Both the position numbers and the translations under genes were made by a program. From Eledone cirrhosa (lineage: Eukaryota): 64,000 nucleotides of DNA. Below the pieces are notes generated by a model. That model worked only from the letters and a program-made list of their open reading frames with translations, did not search any database and was not told where the DNA came from. Location of the stretch: NCBI GenBank assembly GCA_964016885.1, contig OZ024743.1, positions 128,464,001 through 128,528,000 on the forward strand, read 5' to 3'. Positions 39,919 to 51,661 of the stretch are shown one piece after another (position 1 is the first letter of the stretch; each line of letters begins with the position of its first letter).

Positions 39919-40527
39919 AATATGGTTTTATAAATATAGTTTCCATTTATTAATATTGTATATCTACTCCAAATACTTGTCGAGTGCTTTATATCAGTTA
40001 TAAAAATATTTACTTGTTGTATCCCAACAATTTTAAATAGAACTTTTTCATATATATATATATATATATATACACACACTGTAAATGTGGTTGCCATTGG
40101 GAAGGGCATCCGGCCGTAGAAACCAAGCCAGAAACAGTTCCATCCGATATGTCTCACAATAGGACAACTTGTCTAATCCATGCTAGTATGGAAAAATGGA
40201 TGTTAAATGATGATATATATGTGTGTGTATATATACACTTATTCATATATACACACATGTATGCACACCCCATTTCTCATTTGTTATGTAGAAAACAGAT
40301 ATCTTTTGTTTCTCCATTAGTCAGCTCAGATTTCAGATTTCCCAAAATCTTCCTTTCCTTTTATTTTTATTATTATTTTTTTGCCATTTCACAGGCCTTT
40401 ATTGTTTTAGTTGTTGCTGTTGTAGATAATGATAGTGGCGGGAGTATTTTTGGGGGGGGTCTGTTTTCCTAAATTTAGCTCACCTCATTCTTTCAATATC
40501 ACACTATTACCTCACCTTTTAATATTG

Positions 40528-40581
<54 letters not shown>

Positions 40582-40989
40582 GAATACACATATACACATG
40601 AACAGATACTCACACACATATACACATGAATACACATGCGTGTGCGTACACACACACACACATGCAGACACAGTCATAAGCATATGCAAAAACAGTTAGA
40701 GAGATATACGTACAGACGCAAATGCCTACATGCATAAACACATGATATTGAAGCATGCACACTAACATATACACCAAAAATAGACAGACACATAGAGATG
40801 AAGACATATGCTCACAGAGTACCGATTAACTAGGAACATTAACAATGTAACAAGTCTAAGATAGTTCTAAGAGATTAGTAAGTACCAAAGTCTCAAAATG
40901 GATCGTTATTTCTTTCCTCTTAATAACATTTAGCAGAGTTTTCATTTTTCTATGATTGGATAACTTTCATAAACATATTTTTGGACAAT

Positions 40990-41212
40990 AATAATAATTG
41001 TTTCTGCTTTAGGACAAGGCCAGCAATTTGGGGAAAGAAGAAAGTCGATTAAATCAACCACAGTGCATTGCTGGTACTTTATTTTATCGACCCTTGTGAG
41101 GTTGAAAGGCAAAGCTAACCTCGGCAGGATTTGAACTCAGAATGTAAAGGGCCAAAACTGTGCTGCAAAGCATGTTGTTCAACATTCTACTGATGCCGCC
41201 AATCCACTACCC
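40990..41212 (-). mobile_element. SINE family A
   Basis: Family core and B box. Confidence 0.85.
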
Positions 41213-41214
41213 TT

Positions 41215-42498
41215 CATCATCATCAACGTTTAACGTCCGTGTTCCACGCTTGCATGGGTTTGGACGGGGGGTTTTCCCACTTGAGGCAAGAGTGATTGTC
41301 TTGCTCGCATAGGACTGTCTGGCAGGTTTTCTACAGCTGGATGCCCTTCCTAACACCAACCACATTTACAGTGTGGGACTGGGAGGTTTTTACCGTGTTG
41401 CCTACACGGCCACATTACAGCGTGGACTGTCTGGCAGGTTTTCTACAGCTGGATGCCCTTCCTAACACGAACCACATTTACAGTGTGGGGCTGGGAGGTT
41501 TTTACCATGTTGCCTACACGGCCACATTACAGCGTGGACTGTCTGGCAGGTTTTCTACAGCTGGATGCCCTTCCTAACACCAACCACATTTACAGTGTGG
41601 GGCTGGGAGGTTTTTACCATGTTGCCTACACAGCCACATTACAGCGTGGACTGTCTGGCGGGTTTTCTACAGCTGGATGCCCTTCCTAACACCAACCACA
41701 TTTACAGTGTGGGGCTGGGAGGTTTTTACCATGTTGCCTACACGGCCACATTACAGCGTGGACTGTCTGGCAGGTTTTCTACAGCTGGATGCCCTTCCTA
41801 ACACCAACCACATTTACAGTGTGGGGCTGGGAGGTTTTTACCATGTTGCCTACACAGCCACATTACAGCGTGGACTGTCTGGCGGGTTTTCTACAGCTGG
41901 ATGCCCTTCCTAACACCAACCACATTTACAGTGTGGGGCTGGGAGGTTTTTACCATGTTGCCTACACGGCCACATTACAGCGTGGACTGTCTGGCAGGTT
42001 TTCTACAGCTGGATGCCCTTCCTAACACCAACCACATTTACAGTGTGGGTCTGGGAGGTTTTTACCGTGTTGCCTACACGGCCACATTACAGCGTGGACT
42101 GGGTGTTTTTTTGTCGTGACACCTACACGATCTCATTTGTTTCGGCCTGGATGGTGTGGCACCAACACAACTTTACATAGAAGGGGGCGGTGTGGATGGG
42201 GTGGGGGTGGTGGGGCGGGGGTGTATTTTGTTAGAGATGCCTACTGACTGTAGTAGGTTTTACTATGTATTTAGGTAAGGCGGGTCTTCTCTATTACTGA
42301 GTACCGCCAAAGGTCTCGGTCCAGTGACATTGTCTTGGAGAGGTGTAAGTGTGTGAGGTCGGAGTTTATCAGCTCGTCCCAGGTTTTTCTAGGTCTGCCT
42401 ATTCCGTGGCTACCATCTATCTTTATTGCCCTGCACTTTGTTATACAGCTATCGACTTTCATGCGCATCACGTGTCCATACCAACGTAGCCTTCTCTC
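41215..42498 (-). mobile_element. 3' end of a second RTE LINE subfamily with a long 3' UTR
   Basis: [13 protein letters not shown]...GRPRKTW...KTRLT*, then UTR, stem-loop and (GAT)n; other copies at 53243-53691 and 59987-60543. Confidence 0.88.
41312..42095. repeat. 112-bp tandem repeat x7 inside the LINE 3' UTR
   Basis: Units start at 41312 + 112n; single-copy in the two sister insertions. Confidence 0.95.
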
Positions 42499-43042
42499 GA
42501 GTAAACAACATTAATAATAATAATTCATTTTTGTTTTGTTTCTAACATAGGCACATAGGTTTTGGGAGAAGAGCAAGTTGATTAAATTGACCCCAGTACA
42601 TTATTATTTTTCAACATGGTTTTTAATTTGTGGATTTATTTTTTAATGTACAATTAGATAGATTTATTATTTGCAGGAAAAATAGCAATAACCAGATAAT
42701 TAATGATCCTACAGTTGAAATATAGAAATAAAAACAATTTCTCAATTTCACTTGGGATCACCTGGAATTTTATGTGACCCACTTTGGGAAGGTTTGAATA
42801 AAAACACTCAATGGCCAGATGGTGGTAATAAGTTAGGCAACAGCTGGAAGGAAATGGCAAAGAGAAGGAATAACTGAGATTATGGAGATTTAATATTTAT
42901 TACATAAAGAGGCTAATATTTTTCTCTGTCCATATTTTTTTATCACTTCATTCATTTAGTTTAAGTTGATTATACCACATAAATGTTTGACTTCTAAAGA
43001 CCATTTAAATATCTAATGGAGAAAACAAAATTGAATCTTTAA

Positions 43043-43227
43043 CCCTTTAGCATTTACATTACTCTATATTTATTATGTTTTTTCGTTAAAGGCTTTACCT
43101 CAATAATTATCTCATAATATTATTTATTTTGAGAACAATACCTTGATATCAGTATTGTTACAGCTAGTTTGAACAGAAAGTGGTGAGAGAATTATGACCA
43201 GATATGGCTGGTTTAAATGTTAAAGGG
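43043..43227. mobile_element. M1 MITE
   Basis: ttaa-ccctttagcattta ... taaatgttaaaggg-tcaa. Confidence 0.8.
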
Positions 43228-43244
43228 TCAAACTAGAGTTTTAC

Positions 43245-44742
43245 TTTACTGATACTTTATTTTATCAACCAAGGCAGGATGAAAGGCAAAGTTGACATCG
43301 GCACGAATTAACCTCAGAGCACAAAGGGCTATAACTATATGCCACAAAGTATATTGTCAGAGCACAAAGGGCTATAACTATATGCCACAAAGTATATTGT
43401 CCCAACACTAACGATTCTACCAATCCATCCCCCCATAATAATAATTGTTTCTACTTTAGGCACCAGTGCATTACTGGTACTTTATTTTATCGACCCCGTA
43501 AGGATGAAAGGCAAAGTCAACCTCGGCGGGATTTGAACTCAGATCGTAAAGGGACGTAACTATGCTGGAAAGAATGGTGTCCGACCCTCCACCGATACTG
43601 CCATCTGATTTAGGCACAAGGCCAACAAATTTAGCAGAGGGGAAAGCTGATTAAATTGACCCCGGTGTGTTATGGGTACTTTATTTTATCGACCCCATAT
43701 CGGTGGGATTTGAACTCAGAACGTAATGAGCCAGAACAAATACTGCAATGGTAATTTATCTGATGGTCTACTGATTCCGCTAATCCATTACCCTTATAAT
43801 AATAATTATTATTCCTACTTTTAGCACAAGAGCAGCAATTTGAAGGGAAGGGGAAAGTTGATTAAATCAACCCCAGCATGCTACTGGTACTTATGCCCAT
43901 AAGGCAAAGCTAACCCCAACAGGATTTTTGAACTCAGAACGTAAAGGGTTGTAGCTATATGCGGCAAAGCATGTTTTCCAATACTAATGATACTACCAAT
44001 CCATCATACTATAATAATGATAATAATAACAATGGTTTCTTATATAGGCACAAGGCCAGCAATTTGAAGGGATGGGGAAAGTCGATTAAATCGACCCCAG
44101 TGTGTTACTGGTGCTTTATTTTATCGACCCCGAAAGGATGAAAGGCAAAGCTAACCACGGCGGGATTTGAACTCAGACCATTATAGGCCATAACTCTATG
44201 CCAGGGGTTCTCAACCTGGTCCATGTGGACCACTAGTGGTCCACAGAAAATTTTCAATAGCAAATTCTTTTTTGATCCCTGCATTTGACTTAAAGCGACT
44301 TCAGCTGTTTATTTGTGTAGATTTTTAGGCACTGCCACATGATAATAGCATTATCTAATTCATTGAAAAAAAACAACTATTGATGCTTATAAGTGGCAGT
44401 TCTATTACAAAAGATTTAAAAGTGTAGGTGGTCCACAGGAAAAAATTACTTATTTTGGTGGTCCACAGCGAAAAAAAGGTTGAGAACCCCTGCTCTATGC
44501 TATAAAGCATGATATCCGACGCCCTACCGATACTGCCAATCCATCAATAATAATAATAATTGTTTCTACTTTTGGCACAAGGCCAGCAATTATCCCAGTG
44601 CATTACTGGTACTTTATTTTATCGACCCCGTAAGGATGAAAGGCAAAGTTAACCTCGGCGGGATTTGAACTCAGAATTGCAAGGGCCGTAACTCTATGCG
44701 TCAAAGCATGGCGTCCGACCCTCTACCGATACTGCCAATCCA
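43245..44742 (-). mobile_element. Head-to-tail stack of six family A SINEs
   Basis: Repeated family A cores, mostly separated by (TAA)n runs, all in one orientation. Confidence 0.88.
44202..44492. mobile_element. hAT-type MITE inserted in a SINE
   Basis: Perfect TIR caggggttctcaacct; perfect 8-bp TSD ctctatgc at 44194-44201 and 44493-44500. Confidence 0.93.
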
Positions 44743-44745
44743 CAA

Positions 44746-45545
44746 TAGGTCACTTATAAAAGGAGATAGAGAGTTTGATTATGGCAGCCCAGGTCCAGAT
44801 AATAAGAACTAATTGGATCAAAGTTAATGTGGACAATGTGATCACATCACCACTGTGTAGGATGTGTGGAAAGGTAAATGAGACAATTAGCCATATTGTA
44901 TCAGAATGCTTACAATTAGCTCAAAATGACTACAAAATTTAAAGACATGATAAGGTGGCAGCACTAATACATTGGTGATTATGTAAAAAGTTTGGGTTCA
45001 ACTGTAATGGAAAATGGTATGACCACTTTGTAACAAAAGAGATGAAAGTGCTGGAAAATGACAAAGCCAAAATTATGTGGGATATTACAATACAAATGGA
45101 AACAAAGACTGATCACAACAAACCGGACATAATACTGATACTCAGGAAAGAAAAGAAATGGTTTATTATAGATGTGTCATGTCCTTTTGACATGAGGATA
45201 AAAGATAAAGAAAAAGAAAAGAAAAACTACTACAACAATCTCAAATATGAAGTTCTGAAAGTATGGAGGGGTGAAGTAAATAAGGTAATATTGGTACCAA
45301 TAGTTATAGGAGCCATGGAAAGTGTGACAGACAATCTTACAAAAAATTTGCAGAGTCTGTACAAAAAACATGCCTACTTGGCTCTGCCAGAATAATTAGA
45401 AAAGTGATGGATACCGCCTAGAAGAGTAAAAGGCAAATCTAATCATCTTAAGCTCCAAGATGAAGTATGATGGTAAGAAGAAAAATACCAGTAATTAACA
45501 TCAACACTGTACAATGATGAAGATAACATTTAATAATAATAATGA
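44746..45545 (+). mobile_element. R4/Dong-clade LINE 3' part (CCHC knuckle and restriction-like endonuclease)
   Basis: CRMCGKVNETISHIVSEC, RHDKVA, KPDIIL, IIDVSCP, VPIVIGA; ends in (TAA)n. Confidence 0.9.
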
Positions 45546-45639
45546 TGATTATTAGGCACACAGAAGTGACATTAAGCAAATAATAGAGATGGCACAAAAC
45601 AATATAGTGTGGGTTTTTGTATGTATAAAGGCTATAACA

Positions 45640-45840
45640 AAATAATAATAATAATAATAATAATTGTTTCTACAAGGCCAGCAATTACCCAGTGCATTAC
45701 TGGTACTTTATTTTATCGACCCTGTAAGGATGAAAGGCAAAGTCAACCTCGGCGGGATTTGAACTCAGATCGTAAAGGGACGTAATTATGCTGCAAAGCA
45801 TCGTGTCTGACCCTCTACCGATACTGCAAATCCACCGCCC
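45640..45840 (-). mobile_element. SINE family A
   Basis: Reverse complement of the reference copy, with a (TAA)n tail. Confidence 0.88.
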
Positions 45841-45869
45841 TATAATATTAATAATAATAATAACAGGGT

Positions 45870-46520
45870 GACACAGTGGGAGGTTTTGTGGGAAAATACA
45901 TGATAACAAAAACAACATGTAGAATTCAAACAAAAGAAATGTCACCAATGAAGGTGGAGACTTCCAAAGGTCACTCATGGAGAAAACCACAAAAAAGCCA
46001 CAGCCACTTTGAACACTACAAGTGATCCACCCCACTTGTCCTCCTGTAATCCACAGGCATATACTCAAAGAAGGCCTGTTCACAAAGACTATGCTCACCA
46101 CTCGCCCCCCTTTAAACAAACTGGTTGGAAAACAGCACTTCCCTCTCCACCCTGATTTCCCTCTTTAAGTGGAACTTGAAAACGTTATTTACAGCCTTGC
46201 TGAAGAGGAAAGTGTCTGTCCTCAACCCTTTCAATCATGTCCACACACGACCTCTTTTGCCATGGCCACCAGGCAAATAAAAGCTGTCAACTCTCTCTGA
46301 CTAAAGGAAGATGGTAGGGCTATCTTCATGATGAATTCTGTCAATAGCCAATGTGACATCCTACACGTAACATCAACAGTTTACCATAGCCCCACAAGTC
46401 AGCAATACTCAGGCACTGGACAAGGGCATGCAGGATGGTTTCCTTGCCACACGGGTATCTTGAACAGGCTCAACTGATGGCACTTCCATGACTGTAAAGC
46501 TTATCTTGAACTGGCAATGC
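45870..46520 (-). mobile_element. Degenerate Tx1/L1-clade LINE C-terminal region
   Basis: ETILHALVQC..IADLW, FICLVAMAKEVVW, FKFHLKRKIRVEREVL. Confidence 0.7.
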
Positions 46521-46524
46521 AAGA

Positions 46525-46655
46525 AACTTGATTATTGCTGGTATCCTCAAGCAAACTAAAACTGAGGTTGATGAGATGGACTGCATAACAAGAAAAAGAA
46601 TTACATGCATAAAGCATTATACTCAAAAGCAAGTGTAAATTGGCTATATATGATA
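46525..46655 (+). mobile_element. Small R4/Dong RT-region fragment
   Basis: EVDEMDCITRK..MHKALYSKASVNWLY (one frameshift) resembles the family motif DRKTRK..MHKALHPKADVDRLY. Confidence 0.5.
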
Positions 46656-47171
46656 TGCACAGTTGAACAAATAAACCTCAAATTACTCTCCGATTGGTTT
46701 GTGGGGCAGTGCATACATATTCAGAAAAATTTCAGGCAGGAGATTCATCATATTTACTGTACAAACCATCAATAATAATTACTTTATATACAATATATTT
46801 CTTTCTTTCTTGGCCGCAATATAAAATGTGCCATACTAATGAGATTATAAAATATGTGAGTGTATATATCGAGAGAGAGCGAGAGACTCTTTTACCAATT
46901 TTAGACATTGGACTGCAGACATACTAGGGTACTGCCTTTAAGTGTGTATATGTGTGTGAAATAAATGGATCTTGTACTAATTCCAGCAATGGGTATTCCA
47001 GTTATTTGATCAATTGAATTGCCTATAATTGAATTATTGTGTAAGTATTCCTCAGACACTTGTATCCTACATACCTCTTGCTAACTGGAAAAACATGTTA
47101 GTCATTACAACACAATTTATGTTATCTCTCTCTCAAACTATAAATGTCTATGTGAAGTGCCAAGTACTTAC

Positions 47172-47234
47172 CTCAGCACAGGCTTACATGCATGCATGAT
47201 GTGGTGGGGATGGGTCACACTTTTTTCACATGTT
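47172..47234 (-). CDS. Candidate 63-nt symmetric phase-2 exon (TCEKSVTHPHHIMHACKPVL)
   Basis: Acceptor cttttgttatttag, strong donor GAG|gtaagt, open only in phase 2, lies in unique sequence. Confidence 0.45.
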
Positions 47235-48397
47235 CTAAATAACAAAAGTTAGCCTTGCGAGTTCCATTTTTAAGGCAACATTTTAGTGCAAACCCTTTTA
47301 GTTGCCTCTATTCTAAACTGGATGCATATGGCAACTGTTTGTAACTGCTTCAATAATCTTATCAGACAAAGAATTTGAAGATCTGATAATCCCAAATATG
47401 CTAGGAACTTTAGACCATTTGTTATGGAATGGAAACTTTAATCTGTCTTCAACAGACTGCAATTGTTTAGAACAATGTATAAAGCATTATCGTTAGTTTA
47501 AGACTGTCTACTGTTGTTTGAAACAATATTTGAACATGGAATGAACACAAGGATTTGTTATATGGATTTCAGAAAAATAGACTGTAAAATAGAACATATT
47601 AAATGAAAGTTGTCATTGTTAGAGATACTACTCATCAACATGTCATTATTAAAAATACTGATCAACAAAGCCATTGTGTCTATCAAATACATAGGAAAGG
47701 GGAAAAGTATGCAACAGTGAGCATGTAACACACCTATACCTTTGTCCTCTAAACAACAAAGAAATATATTATATGTTGCCTTATATCATCATTTTACATC
47801 CACTTTCCATGCTGGCATGAGTTAGACAGGTTGTCTTGGTTGAGACCAAACAGATCACAGCATTCCAGACTTGTTCGTTACATTCCATATTTGGCATGGT
47901 CTCTATGTTTGGAGGCCCATCCTAATCATAACAACCTTATAGAGGGTACTAGGTGCATTTTTCATGACACCAATATTACCACATTAAAGAGTTACCTAGG
48001 AGCATTTTATCATGGCTCCGACAAAGGTGCATTTTATCATAGCACCAACATGAGTGCATTTTATTGTGACACCAACACAAGTAGTTTTCATGGCACCAAC
48101 ACTAGAGAGGTTGTCTCACGCTAGGCTGGATTGAGGATCTTCTTGGATATTGTCTCCATTCAATTGCCAAACACTGTGGCCCCCAATCTTTCACCACATT
48201 TACTTTTAATATATTCAAAATGCATGAACAATGAATTGTGCTGTCCTCTATTTGTTGTCTGAATACAATGCATACAGCAGGCATTTGCTCTTAAAATCTA
48301 GATGACAAAATACTGTATTGTTGGCTGGTTTTCATAAGTAGGTCAATAGATGTCTCAGGTGAGATTACAGGAATTGTCTATAATACAGAAGACTTAA

Positions 48398-48604
48398 TCC
48401 TTTTGATACCAAACCACCAGAAACTCTTCTTGATTCTATACTGCAAAGTTGTTTATTTTAAATTGTTTCTAAAAACCCTCAAATTTAGTTTTATATAAGA
48501 ACATTTATTATATTCCAAACACCAGATAAATAGTGAGAAAGTATTTTCAAATCATTTGAAAATCATAGGTAGTGTCTTCCATTGAAAATATGGTAATAAG
48601 AGGA
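48398..48604. mobile_element. M2 MITE (reverse orientation)
   Basis: TTAA at 48394-48397 and 48605-48608; homology to the 14003 copy. Confidence 0.7.
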
Positions 48605-49190
48605 TTAAGAGATTGAAGGCACATTTAGTACAATGTTACCAGAGCAAATTAGATCTTTAAAAACTTAGAGCTAATAACATGAGATGAAGGTGAAATAAAA
48701 AATAAAACATGAAGCTAGTCTAATTTATTTTTTGACAGCTTTGTCAGGGGAGAAAAAGCAGTGCACATGGGGTTGTTCAAAGCTACTGTGACAATTGAGG
48801 GGAACATATCCTCAGACAAGAGACATGGTTTGAATGCTTTCAACAGAACAGACTACTCTAAACGCAGGCCTTCCCAAACATTTTAAATCATAAGGACCAT
48901 GTTTGGTAAAAGAAATTCATTGTGTCTAATCCTACAGTTAAAATATAGAAACAAAAAAAAAATCTCAATTTCACTTGAGATAACCTGGAATTTTTATGTG
49001 ACTTCCACTTTGGAAAGGTTTGAGTGAAAACACTCAATGGCCAGATAGATGGTGGTATTAAGTTAAGTAACCCATGGAAAGAAATAGCAAAGAAGGACTA
49101 ACTGAGATTAAGAAGATTTAATATCAGTAAAGAGGCTGATAGTTTTCTCTGTCCATATTTTTTATCATTTTTATCACTCATTTAGCTTAA

Positions 49191-49417
49191 CCTTTTAGTT
49201 ACCAACTCAGCCAAAGCTGACTCTGGTTCTATTTTAAAGGTTTCCAATTTAATTTAAAATCTTCCAACATAATTTTATATAAGAATCTTACATTAAGCTA
49301 CTATCTTAGTAATGAAATAATTGATAAAATGTTGGAAGATTTTGATTTAACTAAGAACATGAGTAGTTTTGTTTAATAGAACCAGAGGTGATTTTAAGTG
49401 GTTTGGTATGAAAAGGG
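49191..49417. mobile_element. M2-related MITE with long inverted arms
   Basis: Inverted blocks ctctggttctatt/aatagaaccagag and aaaatcttccaacat/atgttggaagatttt; TTAA on the left. Confidence 0.7.
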
Positions 49418-49459
49418 TTTTATGTTAAGTTCAAGAACAGAAAAATTGATGTTCTAGAT

Positions 49460-49623
49460 CAGGCACAGGCAACCTTTTTCGAGCAGTGGGCTACACATGA
49501 TGTTTCTCATCATATGGCAGACTGCACTACTAAAAAGTTCAAGGCAATTTTGAAATTAGGTGTGCCATTTAGAAAGCCAAACGGGCCACATGTGACTCGC
49601 AGGCTGCAGTTTACTTATGACTG
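49460..49623. mobile_element. Old hAT/Charlie-like MITE
   Basis: cagg...actg ends; flanks ttctagat/ctcttgat. Confidence 0.5.
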
Positions 49624-50074
49624 CTCTTGATGTCCAGCTTAAACTGTTGCAAATCCACTCCTTATGGAAAGTTAAAGGTCTGCCCCAAGCCCAAAGGCTC
49701 ATGAGACCAAACTTTATCCTGGTTTTATTAGCATTAGGTGATATAGAATACAATTCTTCCCCTTGGATAGGATGCCAGTTCTCTGATTAGTACTTCTTTT
49801 TCAGTGGGAAGGACTAGAACAAAGTGAAATGAAATGTTTTATTTAAAGACATAATATGCTACTCAATCCAAGATTGAATTCACAACTATACTATCTCGAG
49901 CCTAACATAGTAACCACTTGGTCCTTGGTAGTTCTTGTCAATGTCACTGATTTATAATGAGAAAACAAGATGTTTATCTTTAACAAAATAATAGTTAATG
50001 TTGTTGTTATTGTTGCTTGATTGTTTATTATTTAAGTACAAGAAGAAAAACAACGAAGGTTGAACCATATTTAC

Positions 50075-50106
50075 CCTTCTCCCGGTTGCTCTCTGCCAAC
50101 CTCCAT
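50075..50106 (-). CDS. Candidate first coding exon (MEVGREQPGE, phase-2 donor)
   Basis: gagATGg start context, donor GG|gtaaat, phase-compatible with 47234-47172. Confidence 0.35.
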
Positions 50107-50769
50107 CTCTCTATCTAGTTATATCTATCTAGTTATATCTATCTAGTTATATCTATCTAGTTAAAAATCTAGTTGTATCTGTGTGTTTGTTATTTCAATC
50201 AGACTCCCCTGTAGTTATAGTTACTGATGACTGCTTTAAACAAACTTAGTTGAAGAAAATATTCAATAATATTTCTCAGTAAAAGTTACTCTTTTTTGCA
50301 ACACATAAATACATCCGCCTCTCACTATCTCCACAACACAAACACTCATCTTCCTTCTGTCTCTGAAACACATACACACATCTTCTCTAGCCCTCCATCA
50401 ACAAGTTTATAGAGACAGGATCTGCTTGCACAGATTTTTCATCGGTTGACTTAGTATATCGCTGTCACAGCCACCACAACCAAGTGAAATAGCAGGTGTT
50501 ACAAGCAGTATAACCAGTGCAAAAGTCTAATTTATGTTAGATATGTTGTTATCTATATACAACACAATATATATGACATATGTATTACCTGATGGGGGTA
50601 AAATGCTGGTCCTACCATAGTTTTCTCTCTAGTGCTAGCACCACACTAAAATACACTATGTAAATAGGTTGGTGTTAGGAAGGGCATTCAGCTGTAGAAA
50701 ACTACCTCCTTTGTGTAGGTACCACAATAAAATATATGTGTGTGTGTTTGTGTATATATAGATATATAA

Positions 50770-50807
<38 letters not shown>

Positions 50808-51474
50808 GATATGTAAACAATGAAACAGACAGAAAGATAAACAGATAGATGGATAGACATATGTGGACTGAAAATAGTTGGAGTAATAGACAAAGATTGA
50901 TAAATGGATAAACAGACAGATGGATAGACAGACTAACAGATTAATGTAAAGATAAACAAATAGAGAGAAGTTTGATTCATCAGCTAAAAACAATACACAA
51001 AACACAAATTTTGTAAGAAAAATAAACCACAACAGTTAGTTCCGCAGCATGTAATATATATATATGTATAACACACTTGAGACAAAGCCGACTGATGGTG
51101 CCACACTGAAGGGGGTGTTACCATTTTTACAAGGTACAGATAGAATAAAGTGTTATTATTGAAAATTCTAAAAAATAAAAAACATATTTCTATTATTGCC
51201 GCAGATTGATTAGTGACTTATAAGTGAGGTTTGGTAGACAGAAACTGCACAAAAGCCTATTGTATATATGTGTTAATCCCCACTGTTTGATTTTGTCCTG
51301 TAACCTAACTGTTTGACAAATACAGATTGATAAAATAAGTAGCAAAACTAAAATATGTACTGAGGTTGATATGATGAAGTGAATCTCTTCTTGGTGGTGC
51401 CATCCAGACAGGCCACAGTCTAATGACTAAAACCAGTAAAGGAATAAAAAACAAATATATGGAAATCATTTTAA

Positions 51475-51661
51475 TCCTTTCATGAGTATTTAAATTCCTT
51501 AATGGAGAATTTTGAGGGGTATACTAAAATTATTTCATTACAAACTTAACATATAGTTCTTATATAAAAAATGATGAAAGATTAATTTTAATAGGAACCC
51601 TTTAAAGTGGTTTTGCTTCACAGAACCAGAGCCAATTTTGACTGGGTTGGTATCAAAAAGG
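51475..51661. mobile_element. M2 MITE
   Basis: TTAA at 51471-51474 and 51662-51665; right end cagaaccagag...ggttggtatcaaaaagg. Confidence 0.65.

Larger units (their letters stand above)
39489..40050. mobile_element. Fold-back (head-to-head) insertion of a non-coding PLE-pLTR/retrozyme-like element
   Basis: Near-perfect inverted arms centred on 39717/39718, one hammerhead per arm, (TA)n on both sides. Confidence 0.8.

Noticed and set aside
9559-42095. CRISPR-like appearance of the 48-, 32- and 112-bp arrays
   Set aside because: No unique spacers, no cas genes, and a eukaryotic context.
47297-47495. Stop-free plus-strand stretch (ILSDKEFEDLIIPNMLG...)
   Set aside because: No start, splice support or recognisable family.
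48680-48845. Possible mariner transposase N-terminal remnant
   Set aside because: Too degenerate; no TIR or catalytic motif seen.
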